DNA of 64,000 nt from an uncultured Clostridia bacterium (GTDB lineage: Bacteria; Bacillota; Clostridia; Christensenellales; UBA1242): positions 31,425 through 95,424 of the forward strand of contig CALVZQ010000002.1 of NCBI GenBank assembly GCA_944372585.1, written 5' to 3'. Made by a program: the position numbers and the translations under genes. This document shows, piece by piece, positions 20,401 to 32,400 of the stretch. A model generated the notes under the pieces. It was not told where the DNA came from. It did no database searches and worked only from the letters and a program-made list of their open reading frames with translations. Each line of letters opens with the position of its first letter. Positions within the stretch are counted from its first letter, which is position 1.

Positions 20401-23400
20401 CCACCAATCTTAAAGTCCTGAGCACTGAAAATCAATATCATGTCATATTCCCCAACCTTCAAGGCATTGCTTGTGGAATAATATGAGGAAATGTCTGGAG
20501 CGACCAGTTGAATTCCCAGTCTTGAAACATCATAACCTGTCAAATCAACTTCTGTTTGATATTTATATTTCAATTCAAAATCGTCACCGTATGTGTATGA
20601 TTGAGAGTTTATGATGAAACTCATGTCTGCACGCTCTATGCTTGCAGAAACAACCGTGCCGTCTTCACTGGACATGTTCAAATTATAGTTTGAAATTGTT
20701 TCACCAACAATTTCCGCTTCAACCGTGTAGCCAGTTCCGACATATTTGACAATTTCTCCGTTCTGTTTGAAACTGATGTTCAAACTCATTTCTTCGTTTT
20801 CAACAATACCTGTCAACACTTCGTTTGCATCTGCATATTCAAAAACAGCATCTTTATTATCAAAAATTTTGCTAAGCTGAGCATTTGTGAAATATAATTC
20901 TCTTTTTGCAATAGTCAAATAGAAGCAATAGATTTCCCCTTCTTTTCCCATTTTGACTTCATAGCTTTCAGATGTTGTGCCACTTGAATAAATTTGATAA
21001 GTTCCCACGTTTCTGACTGTGGTTGGATACAAGAATTGAATTGTTGATGTCAATCCCTCAACTGTCACATCTGCAAAGTTGTATGTCAAGGTTGAAGAAT
21101 CATAAGTGTAGAAGTTCAAATCAAACTGTTGTCTCACACTTGTGTTTTCTGAATTTGTGAACACAAGCCTGTAAACACCTGAATTTTCTGCTCTTTCCTC
21201 AATCAGAATTGTGTCATAGAGGTTTCCATCATAGGTTATTGTCGCAATATCTCCACCAGATGAAGCCGAAACGGACACTTCTTCACTTAAAAGCAAGTAC
21301 AATCTCTCTCTTACTGGAGTTATCCTAAATGCACCCAATAGACTGTTGTCCACAACTGAAACAACATTATAATTTGTATCTTTTGACTCTCCACTCAAGA
21401 CTTTGTAATAACCGACGCTTGTTCCACCTGTTCTTGTCATCTCTACTTGAATAGTTTCATAAAGTTCGGTCATGTAATTGCATGTGAATTTCGATGAAAG
21501 AGCTTCCGGAGAATTAAATTCGGCAGAAAACTCTCCGTTGACACTTAGCACAATTGATATATCCCGTTTGTTCACAATGAGTTCAACAGGATTGAAAACC
21601 AAGGTGTAATTTGTTGACGACTGAGAAGTCATAATGACATTATAGGTCCCAACGTTCAAATAATCTGCACTGCTGTATTGAGCATTTTCAATATCAAGCA
21701 TCAAACTATATTGTGATGACAACAAATTTGCACCATCAACTTTGACAGTGTATGCAAGTGGCTGAGTGAGAGAAACTTCACCATATTCAACTTCTGTTGA
21801 AACAAGTTCAACAACAGCGGTTGCCTTGTTGATTGTTCCCACACCTGTTGAAGCTGAAAGTTCATAATTGTTCATATCCATTCCAGAAAGATATAATGCC
21901 ACCGTTTTTCCCGTATCTGCCGCAGCAGAATCAAACTGTACCAAAATAGAAACTGTATCTCCCGAAATTTTTTCATTAAACTCTGAGATAGTGTAAATAG
22001 TTGTTCCATCATACTCTTTTTCAAATGTAAATTGAGAAATATTGACGGTCACAGGATCAATAGAAAGATAATAATCTTCTGCAAAAACAACATTTGTGTA
22101 TTCCGCGCAAGTTGCAAAAATGTTCAATTTATAGCTTCCCGCATCAGAAATTTGTGCATTTCCTTCTTCAAAAACAATTGTAAGTTCAGAGAAGTTGACG
22201 TTTTCAGAGGCAATTGAGTTTTCAACAATTTCACCACTTTCATTTGCTTCTTTCAAGAAGAAAGAAAGAGTGCTTGATTTGCTTGTTGTTTCATTTGAAA
22301 CACGGATTGTCTTTGAAACATCTCCTTGAACAAAATAGTTTTGACCGTTGTAAGTGTTGTTTGTCAAAATTGTTTCGTCATCAATTCTCACATAAACTGT
22401 TGTTTCTGCATTCAAAACTTGGAGACCATTGTTTTCTTCATTAACTGAAACAACAATGCTTCCGTCTAGGAATGTCTCTGAGCCAGAAACAATCAAAAGA
22501 TCATAATTCCCCATGCTTGCAGTCTGTCCAACCACCAAGTTTTCAGCAAAAAGTTTCAAAGTTATCACGTCTCCCGTTGATTGAATTGTGACAACATCTT
22601 CATAATATTCTTGAATTTTGTCCAGAACCGTGATTTGTATGTAGTTCGGTGAAATTTGCCTTGTATATTGCAATGCTTCAATTTCAAAACTTGGATTGTT
22701 TATTGTCATATCAAAATCCTGAAATTCTGCATTGACATTGATTGTGTAATTTCCTTTATACAAAAATCCTTTTTCATTTGTTTTGACATCATCTGGCAAA
22801 CTGTATGAGATTGTGAAATATCCACTGACAAGCAAATCGGTGATCCCTTCATTTTGAGAGTTTGTAACTGTGTAACTGCCAATCAAATTTGAGACATTGT
22901 TGACTGAAACTTCGCCATAAGTGTAAGTATCTTTGTTTAGAGCAAAGGTCATTGTCGCAGAAAGTTTGTTGATTGTTCCAAAAACAAAGTTTGAAGACAA
23001 TGAATAGTTCGTCAAATTGACATCTGAATTTTTTCTTTGCAAAGACAAATCTACCCTGATATCTTCTCCAGCATGAGCTGTCGAATACACAGCCGTGATG
23101 TATGCACCACTATATGTGTCCAAATCAATTTCCGCTCCAGTTGTGTCGACATAGACTGTTGTTTCTCCATCATATGTCTTTTCAAAAACAAAATTTGAAA
23201 TATCAATTATTATAGAGTTGATAGTGAAGCTGTACCCTGAAACAAACTCTACGTTTGTGAAATATTTTGAAATTTCCTCTCCCATAACAAAATTGTAGGT
23301 ATAAGTCATGCTGTCATAAGCTGTTTCGTAGTTTTCAGAATTAAACAATCTTGGTTGAAGGTCTAAGATTTTTGTTTTCAGAATATTCAAAACTTCGCTC

Positions 23401-26400
23401 GAACTTATGTTTGCTCCAGAAGAAACATCAAACAAGTTCAAAGCAAATTCTTTGAATAATTCAGTTCCACAGTAAATTTGCAATTTGAAATCTTCCGTAA
23501 GTTTCAACGAATATCCTTCATCACTGTATTCAGCACTTACAGTTGCAGGATTTTGCTCTGTGATTTGATAAGACAATCTCAATGTTCCACTGCTGGTGAT
23601 GGTAAACAACCCAATTGATGTTGTGCTTGCGTCGTCTGTCAATGTTCCATTCTCAAAAATCACTGTGTCTCCAAATGTGAAGGTGTAGTTGGATTTGTAG
23701 GTTTGAATGATATCTTCAAAGTAGAGATAATATTCTCCCACATCTTCTCCAGCATCTCTTCTCAATTGAATTGTGACATTTTCATTTGACAGATGAATTT
23801 CTCTTCTCAAAGACGGCTCAACTGAGTTGAATTGTTTTGATTCTGAAAAATCAAACTCGCTCAAGTCAACACTTGCTGCATTGATTGTGTAGATAAATTC
23901 CAGATTTGATGAATCCACCCCTGATGTGTCAAAAATGCCCTCATCAAAGCAAACCATGATTCGATATTCTCCAGCATTTCTCATTGAAGACACTTCTCCA
24001 CCATTGAAGAAGATTTTGAAATACACAGAACCAGTTGTGACATAATACAGCTGTTCTGTTGTCACTTCATCTTCATAGTCGTCACTATATCTGTTGAAAA
24101 CGAAGTAATCAATTTCCACTGACCAATCAGTCAAATGTTCCATTCCGTCATAAGTCTTGACAGTGGTTTCTGCATCTGGCAATGTGACGCTGTCCAAAAG
24201 ATGTCTAACAAACTGCAAAGAGAATGTTAATTCAATTTGTGTTGAGGTCTTGCTCGCATCTTCAAGTGAAACATAATATTCTGGGTTTAAGGTTGCTGTG
24301 ATCACAAGCCTGTAATTTCCACTTTCTTCATAACTTCCTTGCCCTTCAAGTCTCATGACTTGATCTGTTGAAATCTGTTGATCATTGAAATACCAAACGT
24401 AACTGTAATCATACACCCCGTTATTTTCATTGTAAATCAAAACTATATCTGTCACCGCCAATGACGAGAAAGAATTTACCGCAGTCTTATATTCCTGCAA
24501 TATCTGAGCATATTCAATTTGACTGACTTCCCACTTGACATCAATTGTGACCACTGCATGTTTGGTTTCTTCTGTTATCCCCACATAAGTTCTTCCATTG
24601 CCCAAATCTTCGCCAAGGAAAATTTCTGTGTAATCCAAAATTTCTCCAGTTGGAGATTTGACTGTCAGGCTTGAGGCATTCAAACCATTCACATGAGGTA
24701 TCGCCAAATCATTGGCTGTGGCTTCGCCAAGTTTCATTATTGAAGTGTCTTCCACATCTTCACCGTAACCACTTGGGAAATTCAAATTGTAATTAACAAG
24801 AACCAAATCAGTGAAAATGGCATAATATGAAAGTTCGTTAAGTCCATCTTCCGTGGATTCCACCAGACTCATATCCAAAGTCATGCTGTTTGAAGACTCC
24901 ATGGTTCCGTCAACATAATATTGTTCTATGTCTGTCCATTTGTATAAACTTATGTATTCTGAAATATCCAAGGACTCGACAGCAAAAACAACTTTCGTAA
25001 CATTTGGTCCCAGCATAATTGAAACTTCATTTGCATTATTCTCTCTGATTTCATAAATCATTACACCATTTGATGAATATGCACCAATTTCAAGACCTTC
25101 TGCTTCGTAAACACTTTCTTCTGTTCCGTCAACATTAAAGTAAACCCTAGTTATTCTCAAAATTTCTGTTGCAAGAGTCTCGTCAACCAACTCAAATGAA
25201 GTCATGTTGTTTTCAGTGGTCAAATAATATGCAGAAACGACAACATTTGCAATGCCATCTGTGTTCAATATTGTGAAAATGTCATTTTCTTCAAGAATAA
25301 GTTTGAAATATGTGGAAATATCTGTGTAAGACATCGTCGCACCATCAACAGTTTCCATAACAATGGAAACATTATCAAAATATAAATAATTTTGATCATT
25401 GGTGAATGAAAACACTGTGTCTGTATAATAGTCTCCACCAGTAGATGTAAATAGATCTGCAGAGACGTATATTCCATTTTCAATCAAATACAAAGTTTCG
25501 CCATTATATTGAATATTTTCTCTGTTTCCAGCCCATTCAACCTCTCTGTTTTCAATCCCTTCTTGATAATATGCTGACTTGGTTTCTTCCAAATTGGCAA
25601 TTTGCAAAGGTTGAGGCAAAACATATGCAACCTCGGTTGAAATGTATGCATCTCCGTCAGAGTCAAACTGAACATCATAATTTTCAATATTGTTTGTGTT
25701 TGCAACAACATCTGTCAAATAAACTCTCATTTGATACATGTTTTTCGGTCTCACAAGTGAAACCGTTCCTGACAGAATGACAACTCTGTCAATTGCAATT
25801 TCCAAAGATACGTTTTGAACATGATCTGAAACCAAACGTAAATCATCATATCCATCTATTTCTACCACATTCTCTGTGTTTGCATAATCATAAAATGCGA
25901 AATAATTGAGATTTGAAACAGTGTTTGCAACATTTTCAGAATTGGTTTCATCTGACATAAATTCCAAATAATCCGCAAACGTCCATTCTTTATATAACTT
26001 ATGGTTTGCCCCATTGTTTGAATCAAGAAGCATGAAATACTTAAACATGGTGTATTGATAAATTTGCATATTTAATTCGTCATTAACTTCACCTGTTATT
26101 GTAGCATCTTTTGTTTTCATCAAACTTGTGAAGCTGTCAAGTGAAACACAACTTGCCAACTCCAAGTTGAATTCATCGTTAATAAATGGAGCCATAATTC
26201 GTTTGATGTTTTGCAAGTAGACCAAGTTTGTGATTTCCGTTCTGATGTTTGCCTCTTGAACAGAAATGGAAAACTCGTAGTTTGTTTCAAATACATTCCC
26301 CAAGTTTAAATAATTTGCATCATCAGAAACAATAATGTTTAAGTTAACAACATAATTTCCAACATTTCTCACACCAAACGACAAACCTCCAAGACTGTCA

Positions 26401-29400
26401 ACATTTGCGGTGTTTGATGTAAGTGTCAACGAAATTGATGAGTTCATGTCTTGCGAAAGTCCAATTGACATATCTTGACCATTTTCATCAAGCGTGATGA
26501 CATATCCATTCTCAGAATGTCCATTTTTGAAATATTCTGCCAAATAAACTGTGTGTTGTTGACCATTGTAAGTCAAACTCGGCAATGTGTTATCTTCCAA
26601 TTCCAAAGAAAGATATGAGATGTCGAAAATCCAGCTTACATACAAGGTCAACACGATGTCCTCTGACATTGTTTGAGAGCATGACAACACATTTGTCGAG
26701 AACACCGATGAATCAGTGATCGCTTCCCTTCTTGATTGTCCAACAGCAAAAATGCCCGCAAAGGTGTATCCCTCTCTTTCCGGAACAAGTTCGCTGATTT
26801 TTATCTTCTGCGCTTCATTATCTCCGATAAACAAGTTTTCAAAAGTTGCACCATATCTAATGTTGAATTCCAAACCAAATTCTTTTTGACTTTCAGTTGG
26901 TATGTCGTTTTCTTGTCCTTGAAGAGCATAACTGTTTGCACTGTTCAACATGATCTTAATCGTATATGGACTTTCCACCCACACTGCATAGACAACAGAG
27001 TTTCCTGCAAAGATATAGTTGCCTTCTTCATCAAACAAAGAATATGTCTCTCCAACAATCAATCCCAAACTGTTGTCAAAAACAATTCTTCCTTCTGTGT
27101 TGTTATCCCCGTCCAAACTCCAGCCAACATCTTGATAACCAAGTTTTGTTATGTTTGTGATGTCTGTCAGACTGCCGAGGTTTGCAGAGTTCAACTCTTG
27201 CGAACCATAAATCAAAACATTGGAATCATAGGTTGTTGAAAGTATTATCGTGTCTGTGCCAACAAAAACTCCGCCATTTGGTTCAAATGTGATCATATAT
27301 GTGTTTGGTTGCCACAATCTGTAGAAATGAATTTCTTCGAAAGTGTCAACATTATCAAAATAAATTGTTGACAATTCCAACAGAGAACCATTGAGCAATT
27401 CCCCTCCTGTTGACTGCCAATAACCATTTGAAAGACGCGTATAACCCGTTCTGTTATAGAACAATTCATCAACAACGACATTCTGCAAAGAGTCCTCGTC
27501 ATTTATATATCCTGACAGACTATAATTCAAATACAGCATGCTTCCATAATATATTTCAGTTGTTGTGAAATATGTCTCTGTGGTCTCTGTTTCATTAATG
27601 TCAAACACTTGTCCATTCTTCATGTCTCCATATTCGCTGGTTCCTGTTCCAGAATGGAATGTCACTGTGGCTGTCTTTTGTCTGACAATTGGAGTGATTG
27701 AAAATTCATATATCAAATCAGTTTGTCCATCTTCCATCAATGCTTTTATCTTTGCGTATAAATCAATGCTGTATTCACTGTCTGCAGAAAGGTCAACACC
27801 CTTGTTTGAAACCGATTCAATGCTTTCTCCAAAAACATCATTTGCAATTGTTCCGTCCTGTCTATAGAGCCTAAATCCTGACAAATAATAACCATTTGCA
27901 TTGCTTCCTGCCATGATAAACTTAAAGTTTGTCAGTTGTGTGATTTCTCCAGATGATTGATCAGTTGAAAGATATTTGTATGACAACTGATTAGTCAAAC
28001 TTGAACCATTCTCAGCGAATGTTGAATCCATTTGAATTTGGAAACCGAGTCCCAAACTTGCAGCATTATAACTGCCTTCGGTCATAGAGCCATCTTCTTC
28101 ATAAACAATGACTTGGTTTGACAAAGTTACCATGGTTTGTTTTTTCTGATAGATTGCCGTAATAGTGATGTTATATGGATTGACTTCTTGGTAGTTTTCA
28201 TTATAATTTGTCATTCCGTCTGTAACAAAATATTGGCTGAAATATTCAAAATTCCAAGTTGCAACATTGCTTTCTGTTGGTGAGGAAGGGAGATAGCCAT
28301 TTTTCTGAATGTAACTTGAATAGTTTGATCCTTGAACAAACCACCCCCAAAATTCATATGCAAGATTGTCTGTCATGTGAGTCTCAATGGCGATTTCGTC
28401 TTCATATTTGATTGTTGGTTGATTTGCACTATAAGCAGTGTTGTTGACTGAAATAGATGTAACAATACCAGAAGCCTCTTCATCAACAAGCTCTTTGAGT
28501 CCATCAACATTGTTTCCATTGTTGTCAAGATCTTCGACATCAACATCAGCATCAACAAATTTTGTTGAAGATGCCATGTCATAAAGAACATCAGTGCAGA
28601 CAATTGTCATCTCATAATAACCTGGTTGAAGACCAGCAACATTTTCTGAACTTGAATATGAGAAAGTCAATGTGTAGACATCATCTTGATATTCCAAATG
28701 ATTAAGTTCGTTATAAATCCAATTGCCTTTTTCCACTGACACACTTGTTTCAAAATAACGTCCATTGAATGTGTTGAACTCATTTTCATATTCTCTGTTT
28801 AATTGATCGGCAAGTTCTTCATCTTCAATATCAGGAACCGTGTTGGCATTTGACACATTGATTTGAACGTTGAAAGAATCCGTTGTTTCTTGAACTGTGG
28901 TTGATCCTGGATAATTTTCTGCATTATACAATATGATGCTGCCATTATCTTCATTTCCAGTCACACTCGAACTTCCACGATTTGCAAAAAATCTGTAATA
29001 TCTTGATGAGGTCACACTAACTTCAAATGATGAGTCAGTTGTGACAGCATAGATTTCACTTGTAATTGAAAGAATTGGTTTTTGCGTCACTGGTGGTGCA
29101 CCATCAGAACCAAATTCCACAACTTCTCCAGCTGAATTGAGATACATTGTTCTGAATGCAAACAAAGCTTGAGTGTAGATTGTTGAAATTTCAATTGGTT
29201 CAATCGCTCTATTGTAGATATCCACAAGGTAAAGCAAATCTTCAAAAGTCATCAAAATTTTTGTCAAATGATTGGATTCAGGATTTCTCTTTATTTCTCT
29301 CGTGTAAGAACTGCCGGTCGCAGAGTTCAGATTGTTTAACATGGTCACATCATCAAATTCAGTTGTCGTTGTATCTGTGGAGAATATGAAGGCAAAAGTT

Positions 29401-32400
29401 GAATATGAATAATGTCTAAGAATGTATTGATAGCTGTTTTTGTAAACAATGCTGACCAATTCATCTGTTTTGGAATAGGCGCCCGAACTTTGAAAGTCAA
29501 TTTCATACAAATAAACAACATTTCTCTCAATCATCTGTCCATCTTCTTCAATTTCTTCAACTTGTTCTTCATATAGATAATATCTTGAAGAATTGTTGTT
29601 AAAGTCATATCTAAAGATTGCTCTTCCAGAATTGATATATTGCCCTTCCGCCACCTCAAAAGAGTCGTATATAGAATTTGAAGTCATAACCCTTTTTTTG
29701 AAATAATCAAATCCAATGTATTGATTCTCGGCATTTGTGTTTACTGATGAAATGTAACTGTTGCGTATGGTGTTTCCTTCTTCATCTTTTTGTTGGTCAT
29801 CAACCATTGATTGCAAAGAAACAAAGGAATTCGATTGAAAGTTAAGCATTGAAACATTGCTCCAACCTGAAACCATTGGCGACAAGCCAAAATAAACACC
29901 TTCACCAACATTTATACTGTTGTTGACTCTTGCTCTTTGAATTATTATATTGATTGAAAAGTCATAACATAAATTGAAGAATTGAACAGTTCTCTGATTT
30001 GTATAAGCAACTTCATTATATACATAGTAGGAACTGTTTGAAGAGCGTTTGAGATTTCCAAAGTTTGTGTCAATATTGTTCAGATATTCTTCTTCATCAA
30101 ATGTCAGTTCTCCGGAGAATGTGTAACCCGTCTTTAATTTTATGCCAAGTTGTATGTAATTATCTACTCTGTCACTATACATTGTGTCAAAGTAGAAGTT
30201 TGCCACATTATTTTCAACAATTGCATATGTTGTTTCGTCATTAACAGCATTTCCTCCAAATGAGAGTGACAAAGTCTCAACAACACTTGCAACGTCCAGT
30301 TTTCCTGCAAAGGTATTTTGGTCTGTGGAAAAATTGAGAGTAAGTTTGAATTTGTCCTCATCATCTTTTTCCAAACCTTCCCATTCGGCATAAAGATTCA
30401 CAAGATAAACGCCTTGATCTGTCAGTTCTGCATCTGCAAATGTGCTGTTGACAAGAATTTCAGACGCGAGCAGCACATCATCATTTCCGCTTACATCTGC
30501 TGAATTTATGATCTGTTCAGAAAATCTTGAATTTTTGTAACTTTGATAAATCCCTTTTATGTCAAAACTGCCATCTCTCAATGGCGCCACTTCCCCATTT
30601 TCATCAACATAATCTGGCACAACAAAGATTTCAGGGTAATCTGAAAGAAAAGAATCATATTTCAAATAGAAAATTTTGTAAACATCGCCATTTGAATCAA
30701 TCTTCACATCAGATGTACTGTGATAATCAATTGACGAGATATCAAAATTGTCTTGCTCATATCTGTTGTAAATCACTTTAACTCGAAAAGCACTGTTTAT
30801 ATCCACCCCATCAGGGTCGTTTGGATCAAATCCATAATTTCTCCAAATAACATCAAAACCAAGCAACGGTTTATAAGAAAAATTTACGTTTAATGTTTTA
30901 ACCTCTTCTGCATCATCTTGCAATGTGTGCAAATTGTATGGATCCTGGCTTGGATTGGAATATGCCGCTCCAGATGTGTCAGAAGAATATTTATAATAAG
31001 ATGCTTTAAATCCCCCATCTTTGATTATCACATCACTTTTTCCGAAAAGGTGAGAAAGTTGAGGCAAAGACAATCCAAAAGTGCTGTCAATGTCGGAAAT
31101 GTCAAGGATGTCACAATTCACAATTCCTGAAACTATTGGTTCACTTCTGTCTAATTCATTTCTAGGCAACAACAAAATTTGATGAACTCCCTTATATGTA
31201 GTCTTGGAAGCATCATAGAATGTTCCCCCATTTCCATTAAGTTCGATGTCATATCCATAATATATTGTCGCTTGATTGCTGGCTGAAGTTGATCTTGTCC
31301 CCGAAAGATCGATGTATCCATAAAATCCATCATTGACAATCAACTGTCCTGTGTAATCAATTGAGTTGGAGCCATAAAAAACATAGATTTTCGCATTTCT
31401 GGCAACTCTTCCAACAGCATACACTTTGCTTCCATCACCCAATGTTCCGCTTGCTTGTCCATAGAGATTGTCAGTGCAGTTGATCAAATATGTATCTCCA
31501 GAGGCATATGCAACAAAAGTTCCAACATAACCTGTGCCAACCTGTCCTTGATTTATGTATCTAACATTTTGAATATTCAAATTTTTGATGACTGCATTGC
31601 TTGTGTTTCCAAACAGACCATGATAACTAAACTGTTCTTGCAAAGAACATGTCATGTTGTAAATTGTGTATCCATTTCCATCAAAAACACCACTGAATGG
31701 ATTTCCCACTCCACCAATTGGTTGCCACGTTCTTCCGATCAGATCAATGTTGTTTTGGAGTGCATAATAAGCCCCTCTTTTGTGATTGAAGGAAACATAT
31801 CCCAAATCTCCAGCCGTTCTGATTAAATATGGTGATTCTGCAGTTCCTTGTCCTTCAAGAACAGAATCATTGCTATATTCATTGTCATTGTTGGCACTTC
31901 CCAATCTGTTGTTTTGGACTAAGTAAGGATATCCTCCATTAACGCTTGATGAGATGCCCCAAATAAGCGATTCAGAAGAAAAGTCCCAACTGTTTGTCGA
32001 TGTCCAATATCTCTCACTGCCATAAAATCCCTCTGTCCTCGCAAGTTGATCCAGATTCACAATCTGGCTTGAGATATCAGAAGAACCAGCAATTTTTTGA
32101 TTTACATCATAATACAAACATGTCGCCGTCGGTGTTCTTGACTCGCTCAAATTGGAATCAAGATAATAAAGATATCTGGCAACACCATTTCCATATGTCT
32201 CATTTGTACTGCAAACATAACTTCCAAATTTAAGACTTCCAATATGAAAACTGTCCGTAAGAGTGGTGTTTGTGGAGCTTGCAGAATTGAAGTATGCAAC
32301 AATTCCACCTAGATATTTCCCATATCCATCGCCGGAACTTCCCCCATCAATATCTCCAACATGGTAAAAGTTATTCACGGAAAAATATTCATTATTGACT